41,439 bases of DNA, taken from NCBI GenBank assembly GCA_035290045.1, contig DATDVH010000037.1, positions 1 to 41,439 on the forward strand, in the 5' to 3' direction. Positions 26,821-35,034 of the stretch are shown here, one piece after another; position 1 is the stretch's first letter, and every line of letters starts with the position of its first letter. Origin of the DNA: Patescibacteria group bacterium. GTDB taxonomy: Bacteria; Patescibacteriota; Microgenomatia; UBA1406; HO2-37-13b. A program made the position numbers and the translations under genes. Under the pieces are notes generated by a model. That model saw only the letters and a list, made by a program, of their open reading frames with translations. It did not search any database and had not been told where the DNA came from.

Positions 26821-27675
26821 TTATACAAAATCTTCAGCTACTTTATCATACTCGGTGAAACGTTTCTTTGCAATCAGTGTTTTTTCTGCAAGAATAGATA
26901 TGCTATCTGTGAAAACAGGACGAATCGTCTGATAGAGTATGCCAAGTGGAAATTTTTCATTCAAGGTAGGTTCCGCACATTTCTCATATGCGTCTTTTTG
27001 ATTTGATCTATCGTACTCTTTTGGTAGTTTATATGTTTTATCTTTGTAATATGAGTATGTGTTGATTTTGTTGAAGGTAACACAGGGTTGTAGAATATTG
27101 ACTAAGGAATAACCTTTATGAGCGATGCCTTTTTTAATCAAATCAATAATAAAAGGAACTTCACCTGCAAATCCTTGTGCAATGAAGGTAGCACCCTGAG
27201 TGAGCGCTACTGTTAATGGATTGACGGGAATCTCAATAATACCGTGCGGTGTGGATTTTGATCGAAATCCTTTCTGAGCAGTTGGAGCAACCTGACCAGT
27301 AGTCAACCCATAGACTCCATTATCATGAACAATGACGGTGATATCATGATTGCCTCGGCAACTATGCAGAAAATGATTACCACCTTCACCATAACAGTCG
27401 CCATCTCCTACGATTGCGATCACCGGTATTGAATGGCGGGCGAGTTTGATGCCAATCGCATTAGGTAGTGCTCTTCCATGCAGTGCGTGGAGCGCGTAGG
27501 CATTCAGAAAATCATTCATATTACCCGAACATCCTATTCCAAAAACAATACATACAGAAGAAGGAGTATGTCCTAATTGTACAAGAGCGCTTTTGACCGC
27601 GGCGCCAATACCCCAATCTCCGCATCCTGGACACCATGTCGGCGTGTAACCCGAAAAATCTTGTATGGTTGTCAT
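26821..27675 (-). CDS. 2-oxoacid:ferredoxin oxidoreductase beta subunit (TPP-binding)
   Basis: WCPGCGDWGI, GIGCSG, and GDGDCYGEGGNHF (the TPP GDG motif). It has no delta/ferredoxin-domain insert. Confidence 0.9.
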   Translation of the reverse strand: MTTIQDFSGYTPTWCPGCGDWGIGAAVKSALVQLGHTPSSVCIVFGIGCSGNMNDFLNAYALHALHGRALPNAIGIKLARHSIPVIAIVGDGDCYGEGGNHFLHSCRGNHDITVIVHDNGVYGLTTGQVAPTAQKGFRSKSTPHGIIEIPVNPLTVALTQGATFIAQGFAGEVPFIIDLIKKGIAHKGYSLVNILQPCVTFNKINTYSYYKDKTYKLPKEYDRSNQKDAYEKCAEPTLNEKFPLGILYQTIRPVFTDSISILAEKTLIAKKRFTEYDKVAEDFV

Positions 27676-27704
27676 ATTTAAATTTAGTTTTTCCTTTTTC
27701 GTTT

Positions 27705-29441
27705 TTACTTTTTAATTTTTATAACATAATCAGCTATCTCTTCAGGATAAAAAGGCCTGCCGTCATACTTTAATATTTTTTCTGTGATGTTAATACCTAT
27801 TTCTTGACGGATCAATTTTCCCAATTGTGCATGTGAATTATTTTCAATCAATATATATCTTTTGTTTTCTTGAAAAAATGGTTTGATTTTGGTTTCATCC
27901 ATAGGATAAAGATGAGTAAAATGAATGTATGATGTTTCAATTCCCCTTTCCTTCAAAAGTTTCATAGCCTCTCGTATAATGCCTTTATTTCCCCCCCACG
28001 AGACAAAAATAATTTGTGTGGCATCAAGTTCTCCAATCACTGTCGGAGGTTTAAAGTGATTTTTTAAGTAGGTGATCAATTTTTTATTTCGTTTGTCTAC
28101 TTGCTTTATGCGTGAATCTGCATGTTCTGTCGTGTGTCCATCTTCTTCATGTTCATACGAATTAGATTGATAAAAATGTCCATCCTGTCCAGGTATAAGA
28201 AGCGGGGAAATACCGTCTTGACTCAATTGATATCTGAGATAGTTTTGTTCGTGCGTGGAAGAAGTAATTTTACCTCTTTGTGGTTGATATGATGTACAGA
28301 TTGATTGAAAACGAAGGGAGGATGTGCTCCGATGACTCTCACATAAAAAGCGATCAGATATGATGATCACGGGAGTTTGATATATATCTGCAAGATCAAA
28401 GGAAAGGAGAGTGAATTGATACATCTCATCAACATCGCCTGGAGCAAGAACGATTTTAGGAAATTCTCCATGTCCTGCATGGACTGCGAAAAGCAGGTCT
28501 CCTTGTTCAGTCCATGTAGGCATACCTGTCGCAGGTCCTGGTCGTTGACCAAGAAATATCACTAATGGAATCTCAGCAACTCCGGCAAACGAAAGAGATT
28601 CAACCATGAGAGCAAATCCTCCTCCTGATGTCCCCACTGCCGATCGTACTCCAGCCCATGAGGATCCAAGAGCGGTATTGATCACTGATATTTCATCTTC
28701 TGCATGACGGACAATCATGCCTACTTTTTCAGAGTATGATGCAAGTGTTGTTAATATCGTTGAACTCGGTGTCATTGGGTATGCGGAATATAATCGGCAG
28801 TCGGCGACGATAGCTCCTATTGAGAAGGCGTCATTACCGGTCAGAATCATTTTTTTCTCTTGGTTTTCTTTTTTTGGAAAATTCTGATTTATGTGACTGG
28901 GAAAAGTATCTTTTATGTAATTGTAACCTCGTTCTCCTACCTTTTTATTCTGCGCGACTATGTCAGTTCCTTTTTTCGCAAAATTTTTCTCAATGATTGA
29001 ACCAAGTATATCAATATCCCATTGCATCAGCGCAAGCGATGCTCCAAGAGCAATATTATTAAGCATTATATGTATTCCCTTTTCTTCTGTAAGAATTTTT
29101 TTGAAAGGAATAGAGATTTTAATTCCATTGTTTTCTTCAATAGTAAAATCATTGTTATCGTACACGATCAAAGATGTGGATGATAATCGGTATTTATGGA
29201 GAGTGTATGTCTCTTTATTCAGGCAGATAAGTATGTCTATGTGTTGTTGTGAGGCATGAATTTCAAGGTCTGATATAAATACTTCATATGTATTATGTCC
29301 TCCGCGGATAAGTGAAGGATATTCATGATAATCAAAAATATGATAGCCCATTCGTGAGGCAATTTTTGCAAACAAAAGTCCTGTGGTCATGATACCAAAC
29401 CCAGCCTCTCCCCCAATTTTCCACAGCAATTTTTTTTGCAT
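27705..29441 (-). CDS. 2-oxoacid:ferredoxin oxidoreductase alpha subunit with N-terminal gamma domain fused (two-subunit OFOR type)
   Basis: The N-terminal gamma-like KIGGEAGFGIMTTG is followed by alpha-domain blocks YPMTPSS, GGGFALM and IFLGQRPGPATGMPT. Confidence 0.9.
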   Translation of the reverse strand: MQKKLLWKIGGEAGFGIMTTGLLFAKIASRMGYHIFDYHEYPSLIRGGHNTYEVFISDLEIHASQQHIDILICLNKETYTLHKYRLSSTSLIVYDNNDFTIEENNGIKISIPFKKILTEEKGIHIMLNNIALGASLALMQWDIDILGSIIEKNFAKKGTDIVAQNKKVGERGYNYIKDTFPSHINQNFPKKENQEKKMILTGNDAFSIGAIVADCRLYSAYPMTPSSTILTTLASYSEKVGMIVRHAEDEISVINTALGSSWAGVRSAVGTSGGGFALMVESLSFAGVAEIPLVIFLGQRPGPATGMPTWTEQGDLLFAVHAGHGEFPKIVLAPGDVDEMYQFTLLSFDLADIYQTPVIIISDRFLCESHRSTSSLRFQSICTSYQPQRGKITSSTHEQNYLRYQLSQDGISPLLIPGQDGHFYQSNSYEHEEDGHTTEHADSRIKQVDKRNKKLITYLKNHFKPPTVIGELDATQIIFVSWGGNKGIIREAMKLLKERGIETSYIHFTHLYPMDETKIKPFFQENKRYILIENNSHAQLGKLIRQEIGINITEKILKYDGRPFYPEEIADYVIKIKK

Positions 29442-29447
29442 TTGATA

Positions 29448-29476
29448 TTGACAAAAACTGATAAATATATTATAGT
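29448..29476 (+). promoter_or_regulatory. Orphan consensus sigma70-like promoter on the plus strand
   Basis: TTGACA (29448-29453), exactly 17 nt, TATAGT (29471-29476). There is no plus-strand ORF downstream. Confidence 0.55.
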
Positions 29477-29482
29477 AACTTT

Positions 29483-29534
29483 GCAGTCGGAAGATTGCTC
29501 ATACTGCCCGTTGAAAAAGACGGGCTATTTTTTT
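29483..29534 (+). ncRNA. Candidate ~52-nt small RNA (GNRA-tetraloop hairpin plus intrinsic terminator)
   Basis: The predicted TSS is about 7 nt after the -10 box. Hairpin 1 is GCAGUC-GGAA-GAUUGC (29483-29498). Hairpin 2 is GCCCGU-UGAAAAAG-ACGGGC (29506-29525), followed by UAUUUUUUU. There is no ATG-initiated ORF. Confidence 0.45.
29506..29534 (+). terminator. Plus-strand intrinsic terminator
   Basis: A 6-bp GC-rich stem (GCCCGT/ACGGGC) is followed by TATTTTTTT. On the minus strand the hairpin is not followed by a T-run, so the terminator is plus-specific. Confidence 0.55.
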
Positions 29535-29543
29535 ATTATATAT

Positions 29544-30047
29544 TTATTTTAAAAAAACATCTTCAAATTTTTTAGTATCAAAATATTTGGTGCTTGACAC
29601 AATTAATTCTTTAGATATACTGTATCTTGTTGAGAAGACAAAAATCTTTTTACCAAAACTTTTAAGCTTAATATTCAAATAATGAAAATCGCTGTCGCCG
29701 GAAAAAAGAATAAGACTATCAAAATGAGGTAATAATTCCATTACGTCAACAGCAATCTCTACGTCAAAATTAGCTTTTTTCCTATTGTCAATTTGTTTTT
29801 CTGGTTTACAAACGATTTTGTATCCTATTCTTTGTAAAAAAGCTAAAAAATCATTATGGGGTTTTGTCCCAAAAGTAGCTGTGTATATGATAATATCTAT
29901 AAGATTGCCTTTTCTAAAAAAACGTATAAGTTTTTTATAGTCAACTCTTTGATTTATTTTTTTAACTGATTTTTCTAAATTAGCTACGTCAATGCAAACT
30001 AACATTCTTCCTATATGTATAAAGTTGAGGAGTTGAGGTTTAATCAT
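29544..30047 (-). CDS. NYN-domain (LabA-like, PIN-related) putative ribonuclease
   Basis: Acidic motifs VCIDVANL, FDVEIAVDVME and LFSGDSDFHYL are followed by GKKIFVFS, matching the NYN/LabA layout. The start is uncertain: ATGs occur at 30137 (a 76-nt overlap with the upstream gene), 30083, 30047 and 30005. The last is preceded by AGGAAG and begins directly at the domain. Confidence 0.78.
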   Translation of the reverse strand: MIKPQLLNFIHIGRMLVCIDVANLEKSVKKINQRVDYKKLIRFFRKGNLIDIIIYTATFGTKPHNDFLAFLQRIGYKIVCKPEKQIDNRKKANFDVEIAVDVMELLPHFDSLILFSGDSDFHYLNIKLKSFGKKIFVFSTRYSISKELIVSSTKYFDTKKFEDVFLK

Positions 30048-30061
30048 ATAATTGAGTATTT

Positions 30062-31246
30062 TTATGCTATCGGAACAGTGCATCTTTCCATAGAATCTTT
30101 TGTCAAAAGCGAAACCAATTTTTTTGCCATTGTCCATTGTTGTTTTGCGTTTTCTGATGTAGAGTAATCACGAGAAGATAGTGGTTGTTCTGGAGCGAAA
30201 TAACCACTGTGCACTGATTGAGGAAACAATGGATGTATATATAAATAAAAGAATGCGTTGCCTAATTTTTTTATTTCTGGTTTTTCATCCAGGTATTTGT
30301 TCAATTGTGTTTTCAAATTTTTGAGCGTAGATTGCGAACTTCCTCTCTCGTCTATTAAACCAATTTTTAATCCTAATTTTTTCCATCCCTTGATAGCTTT
30401 TTGTACTATTTCTTCCGAAAAATGTTTTGCATCAAGAGATTCATGATATAGATTACTAAACTGCTGTTGTGGTATTGGTGAGTCAGAAATTTGTTTCCAT
30501 ATAAGAGAAGTTATTTTTTGGAGAGGTCGCGCTGAAGTATCGGTATAAATTAAACCTGTTGCCCCCCATAAAGCTAATAAATTTAACCTTTTAACGTAAA
30601 AATAAAGACCATGTTCAAGTTCTAACAACTGCATTGTTCTTTCATATGTATCATATATTTTTTTATCTCTATTTGAAGTTTGACTATAAAAAATATTTTT
30701 TTTTAATTGAATTAAATCAGAGGGATGTAATTCTATTGTGCCCAGAAGATTTGCTTGACGTATATTTTCACATGGTATTTTTTTTTTGGTAAGTTCTTGA
30801 GTCAATCGTTTTTGATTCACGCCTTCTGGCATAGTTATTGTTCCATCAATTTCCTGTATTTCTAGGCATGAAGGTGTAAGTAAATAATATAATTCAGGTA
30901 AAGATATCACGTGTGCTTGATTAAGGGATATTATTTTTTGTCTTATTTGAAAATATGAATTATTGTTACTATTTAATTGTTTATACAAGAAAGAATCCGC
31001 ACTATCGATCTGATAATTTGTAGAATCTACTAAATTTCCTAAACTCACAAGGTTTCTTAAATAATTATCTCTAGTTGATTGTCTAAGATTCCTTAATGTA
31101 TCGATTAATTCTTCATTTTCGAGTATAGAAATGGCTTTTTTCTCGTCAAAATGTGGAGGATTTACATCTTTATAGTTTTCAGGAGTAAAAATACTGAAAA
31201 GTTTACCCTCATCTTTTTTTTGATTGAAAATATTAACTTCACTCAT
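30062..31246 (-). CDS. Hypothetical 394-aa protein, no recognisable domain, upstream partner of the NYN gene
   Basis: It is a long uninterrupted ORF with an ATG start, has no TM segments or signal peptide, and I recognise no motif. Confidence 0.7.
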   Translation of the reverse strand: MSEVNIFNQKKDEGKLFSIFTPENYKDVNPPHFDEKKAISILENEELIDTLRNLRQSTRDNYLRNLVSLGNLVDSTNYQIDSADSFLYKQLNSNNNSYFQIRQKIISLNQAHVISLPELYYLLTPSCLEIQEIDGTITMPEGVNQKRLTQELTKKKIPCENIRQANLLGTIELHPSDLIQLKKNIFYSQTSNRDKKIYDTYERTMQLLELEHGLYFYVKRLNLLALWGATGLIYTDTSARPLQKITSLIWKQISDSPIPQQQFSNLYHESLDAKHFSEEIVQKAIKGWKKLGLKIGLIDERGSSQSTLKNLKTQLNKYLDEKPEIKKLGNAFFYLYIHPLFPQSVHSGYFAPEQPLSSRDYSTSENAKQQWTMAKKLVSLLTKDSMERCTVPIA

Positions 31247-31270
31247 ATTATCGTATTAATTTGACCAAAT

Positions 31271-31297
31271 AAAAAAAACTTATTTTTAGTGTAAGTT
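31271..31297 (-). terminator. Weak AT-rich intrinsic terminator separating the Zn-ribbon/ferredoxin unit from the 394-aa gene
   Basis: The minus strand reads AACTTA-CACTAAAAA-TAAGTT followed by TTTTTTATTT. The stem is only 6 AT-rich bp. Confidence 0.35.
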
Positions 31298-31319
31298 CTT
31301 CTCAAATCAAAATAATTAC

Positions 31320-31478
31320 TTAATCGCTACAACACGGATCTTTATATCCGCAATTTTTGCATACGGAGTCGCGTCCTCCCGGCATACCTTTGATTGTTTT
31401 CATCCCACATGAGGGGCAGTTTCTTATGTTTTCTTTTTCTGATTTATTTTCCTCACTGAGGAAATACTTTATTCCCAT
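31320..31478 (-). CDS. Small Cys-rich zinc-ribbon protein (52 aa)
   Basis: MGIKYFLSEENKSEKENIRNCPSCGMKTIKGMPGGRDSVCKNCGYKDPCCSD contains CPSC...CKNC knuckles and a terminal CC. The ATG at 31478 overlaps the ferredoxin 3' end by 26 nt, and the ORF-track start at 31505 is a TTG. Confidence 0.45.
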   Translation of the reverse strand: MGIKYFLSEENKSEKENIRNCPSCGMKTIKGMPGGRDSVCKNCGYKDPCCSD

Positions 31479-31728
31479 TGATATCTTCAATAATGATGGC
31501 GGCAACTGGACAACCGCGCGCAGAATCTAATAAAGTAGTGTCATCATCTTCAAGAACAGACGAGAGAATCACTGCTTTTGCTTCTGAATCAAGGGCGAAT
31601 GTCTTTGGTGCGATTGCAACGCAGGTAGCGGCTCCAATACATAAATCTCGATCAACATGTATTTTCCAATTACGAACTTGGACAGGTCCTGAAGGTTTTT
31701 GTGGATCTTTCATGCTTTGGTTATCCAT
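31453..31728 (-). CDS. Single-cluster ferredoxin (CxxAxxC...CP, probable [3Fe-4S] type)
   Basis: VDRDLCIGAATCVAIAP ... GCPVAAI follows the layout of Pyrococcus/Thermotoga-type monocluster ferredoxins, with Ala at the second ligand position. Confidence 0.8.
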   Translation of the reverse strand: MDNQSMKDPQKPSGPVQVRNWKIHVDRDLCIGAATCVAIAPKTFALDSEAKAVILSSVLEDDDTTLLDSARGCPVAAIIIEDINGNKVFPQ

Positions 31729-31743
31729 AGATTTGAAATAGTA

Positions 31744-32106
31744 CTAACGTGTAATGATATGACGAACGATTGCAAAGGCGAGTGTGGCACATTTTAATCG
31801 TATGGGACTTATATGAATACCCATCAGTTGAAGGATAACTGATTTTTCAATATTTCGCAAGTCTGAAATCTTTTTACCTTTTATGTGTTCAGTAAATAAT
31901 GAAGCTCCTGCGTGTGATATGGCACATCCTGACCCTGAAAAAGCAATATCTTTTATTTTTTCGTCTTCAACGTGGATATCAATCGTCATGCTGTCGCCGC
32001 AAAGTGGATTATGAAGAGTGTATGCTTTAGTCGGATTTTTCAATTTTCCCCAGTTGCGGGGATTTTGATAATGGTCAATGACGTTTTCAGAATAAAGCGT
32101 TGACAT
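31744..32106 (-). CDS. sufU: SufU/IscU-like Fe-S scaffold or sulfur-transfer protein
   Basis: Has NPLCGDSMTI, SGSGCAISHAGAS, and IRLKCATLA after an insertion, which is the three-Cys SufU arrangement. Confidence 0.82.
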   Translation of the reverse strand: MSTLYSENVIDHYQNPRNWGKLKNPTKAYTLHNPLCGDSMTIDIHVEDEKIKDIAFSGSGCAISHAGASLFTEHIKGKKISDLRNIEKSVILQLMGIHISPIRLKCATLAFAIVRHIITR

Positions 32107-32163
32107 TTGGTATTCTAATTTCGTGGGTTATGGAAATGTATAATGAAATTATAGCATATTGAA

Positions 32164-33576
32164 TTAATCTGCTGTTCCGACAAGATACACTGCTCTCCAC
32201 GGACGGAAAGAGGAAAAAAAAGTTTTATCAATGGTGGTTTCTCCGTTTTTCACCACCGTATAATGAAATGACGCTTTCGCACCGCCTGCGGGCCAGTCAA
32301 CCTGTCGGGTTACTCCTCGTTTTAATGTAGGATCATCTTGATATGAAGGAGGAGGAGGTGCTTGTTTATCATAGAGTTTTACGTCTGAGATTTGTGCCAT
32401 GCGACCGTCTTTTTTCCCATATAAAGTAAATGATAATTTATTATGAGGTGAATCAATCACGTTTTGAATAAGAATTGCGTTATCTGTATCGTTTGTAAAC
32501 TTAAGATCAGCACTTGGATTGAATACCGTCGCATCAAACCCAGGTTGACTATCTTGTTCATAATAATGCACCCGATACGCGTGTGCCACTCGTTCAACGA
32601 TGGGTAATCCTGCGTTTAATACCGCGCGAAAAAGAGTGGTTGATACTTGACACACTCCCCCACCATCTCCAAGTATAGTACGACCGTTTTTGATGATGTA
32701 TGCTGGTTTGTACCCAGTCTGCGCTGAGATATCGCCTACCATTTGATTGAAAGAAAAGTTTTCACCTTTAGGTATAAGTACTCCGTTCAGTCGTGATGAT
32801 GCAAGAGTCAGATTGTGAATTCTGCCCGGGATAGATCCTGAGAAGTCAGAAACTCCATATCCAATATCTTCTACAATACCAAAATCATTGATTGAGGCAA
32901 GCGTTACTTCGGGATCAATTGTTTTATCAGTTATTGTTATTGTATTTGGTTGAGCATGAATTTCAAGAGAGCGTATTGTAGAATTAATTTTTTCACGGGC
33001 TCTGTCTTTTTCAATCTGTTTCCCTTTTTTCTCTCGCTGGAAAAGGGTAACCTTTCCATTTGCAAATGTGAAAAGGGCATTTTCTGCAGGGAAATCATAT
33101 TTTTCTGCCAGATTGTCAAGATATTCGTCAGTAGGCTCGGTATCGTATGATATATGAGATTCAAAATTATACTGACCGAGATTGAGAAGAGTGACGGCTT
33201 TTTGATAGAGTTGAGTTGGGAGGTTTGAAGATCTTCCGATTGAAAAAGCATGAGATACTATTGTAGTAGTGTCGTACCTCGTTTTGAGCATCTCGGATGA
33301 TACTGTATGTATATTATCCTCTCCATAACGTAACGTAATGACTGTATTTTCTAACTCATTATTTTTTTCTTCAAAATAACGAATCAATCCCGTACGGTTT
33401 TTTCCACCAAAGTCCACTCCATTTACATACACATGAGGATAGATACGTTCTTCAAATTGCATATTCAATATAAAAAGATACAAAGTTATTCCTATTAAGA
33501 AAATTACTCCGCTTATACAAACGAAAGCCGTTAAGTTAAAAAATGCATGAATTATTTTAATATGGACTTTTTTCAT
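32164..33576 (-). CDS. VanW-domain protein with N-terminal membrane anchor
   Basis: Has a TM helix, and the block GYKPAYIIKNGRTILGDGGGVCQVSTTLFRAVLNAGLPIVERVAHAYRVHYY is the VanW core. Confidence 0.85.
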   Translation of the reverse strand: MKKVHIKIIHAFFNLTAFVCISGVIFLIGITLYLFILNMQFEERIYPHVYVNGVDFGGKNRTGLIRYFEEKNNELENTVITLRYGEDNIHTVSSEMLKTRYDTTTIVSHAFSIGRSSNLPTQLYQKAVTLLNLGQYNFESHISYDTEPTDEYLDNLAEKYDFPAENALFTFANGKVTLFQREKKGKQIEKDRAREKINSTIRSLEIHAQPNTITITDKTIDPEVTLASINDFGIVEDIGYGVSDFSGSIPGRIHNLTLASSRLNGVLIPKGENFSFNQMVGDISAQTGYKPAYIIKNGRTILGDGGGVCQVSTTLFRAVLNAGLPIVERVAHAYRVHYYEQDSQPGFDATVFNPSADLKFTNDTDNAILIQNVIDSPHNKLSFTLYGKKDGRMAQISDVKLYDKQAPPPPSYQDDPTLKRGVTRQVDWPAGGAKASFHYTVVKNGETTIDKTFFSSFRPWRAVYLVGTAD

Positions 33577-33622
33577 AACGAGATGATATTATGATATATA
33601 TAATACATTACATTTTAATTTT

Positions 33623-35029
33623 ATGGTTGATGAGAAAATAGAAAAACCAGTGTTTGAGACAGTTCCTGTAGAAGAATATAATGAGACTGACCCACTTGAT
33701 TCATCTCAAGCGGATATTCCTTCATATACACCAGAAGACAATAAAATGAAGTATTTTATCATTGCAATTGCAGTGATTTTTTTCGTGGTGATTTTTATAT
33801 TTTTTATACGGTTTTTAAATGGCTTAAAAAAAGGAGGCAGTAAAAAAGTTACGTTGACCTATTGGGGATTATGGGAAGAACAAACAGTTTTTGATCCTCT
33901 GATCAAAGCGTATCAGAGAAAAAATCCTCATATTACCGTTAGTTATACCAAGATGGATCCACGTGACTACCGCGAAAAAATTATTGAACGCAGTAAAAAT
34001 GGCACGGGTCCAGACATATTTAGATACCATAATACATGGATACCGACGTTGAAAGAAGTAGTGGCTACCTTACCTCATACGGTAATGGATAACGCAGAAT
34101 TTGAACGTACTTTTTATCCTATTACTCAAAAAGATCTTAAGATTGATGATTTTTATTATGGTTTACCCCTTGAGATTGATGGGTTAGTACTTGTCTATAA
34201 TGATGATATGCTAAAAGCAGGTGGTTTTACTACTCCACCCAAAACATGGGAAGATGTAGTGAATTATGCTACTACACTATCGCTTAAAGATAAGGAAGGG
34301 AATATTATTACTTCTGGAATTGCGTTAGGAACCGCGTCAAATGTAGAACATTTTTCCGAAATATTTGGTTGGATGCTTTTACAAAACGGAGGAGATCTGA
34401 CCAAAGTATCAGCAGACGAAGGTCTTGATGTGCTTCAGGCATATCGTAAATTTGCTGAACTTCCGAATAATGTATGGGATGAGACAATGGCAAATTCAAC
34501 CACCGCATTCATCGGAGGAAAAGTTGCTATGATTATCATTCCTTCGTGGGAGATCTCACTGATTAAATTAGTCAACCCTGATTTGAAGATAAAAACTGCG
34601 CTATTGCCTATCATTCCTGGAGGAAATAAAGTTTCTCTTGCGAATTACTGGGTGGAGGGTGTATCAAAAATGAGTAAGAATCAGATAGAAGCATGGAAAT
34701 TTCTGAAATTTCTCACAGAAAAAGAAAATATGACATCACTGTATAAAGAGGAGACAAAATCTCGTCTTTTTGGAGAACCATATTCTCGAGTTGATTTAGC
34801 TCCCATGTTGGTGCAAAATGAATATATAGGAGCAGTGATAGAACAAGCTCCCATTATGAAAAGTCTTTCTCTCGTGAATAGAACCTATGATAATGGAATA
34901 AATGATGAGATAGTCAAATATATAGAAGATGCTATCAACAGTACAATAAATGGTGTATCCTATCAGGAAGCGTTGGATACCGCACAGAAGGGAATAGATC
35001 AAGTGATGGAAAAATATAACATTAAATAA
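33623..35029 (+). CDS. Family-1 extracellular solute-binding protein (sugar-type ABC SBP), anchored by an N-terminal TM helix
   Basis: Has a TM helix followed by LTYWGLWEE, GTGPDIFRYHNTW, and LPLEIDGLVLVYNDDML. No ABC permease or ATPase gene is adjacent. Confidence 0.8.
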   Translation: MVDEKIEKPVFETVPVEEYNETDPLDSSQADIPSYTPEDNKMKYFIIAIAVIFFVVIFIFFIRFLNGLKKGGSKKVTLTYWGLWEEQTVFDPLIKAYQRKNPHITVSYTKMDPRDYREKIIERSKNGTGPDIFRYHNTWIPTLKEVVATLPHTVMDNAEFERTFYPITQKDLKIDDFYYGLPLEIDGLVLVYNDDMLKAGGFTTPPKTWEDVVNYATTLSLKDKEGNIITSGIALGTASNVEHFSEIFGWMLLQNGGDLTKVSADEGLDVLQAYRKFAELPNNVWDETMANSTTAFIGGKVAMIIIPSWEISLIKLVNPDLKIKTALLPIIPGGNKVSLANYWVEGVSKMSKNQIEAWKFLKFLTEKENMTSLYKEETKSRLFGEPYSRVDLAPMLVQNEYIGAVIEQAPIMKSLSLVNRTYDNGINDEIVKYIEDAINSTINGVSYQEALDTAQKGIDQVMEKYNIK

Positions 35030-35034
35030 AATAT

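Noticed and set aside
29483-29498. The GGAA-tetraloop hairpin might be the domain IV of an SRP (4.5S) RNA.
   Set aside because: The element is bounded by a promoter and a terminator only about 52 nt apart. It lacks the conserved symmetric and asymmetric internal loops (AGCA / GGAA-flanking motifs) and the long closing helix of SRP RNA.
29481-29552. A TTG-initiated 23-codon ORF (LQSEDCSYCPLKKTGYFFIIYLF) runs through the candidate sRNA.
   Set aside because: It has no ATG and no SD. A TTG at or before the predicted TSS is an unlikely leaderless start. The ORF also runs through the terminator hairpin and U-tract, so the non-coding interpretation is simpler.
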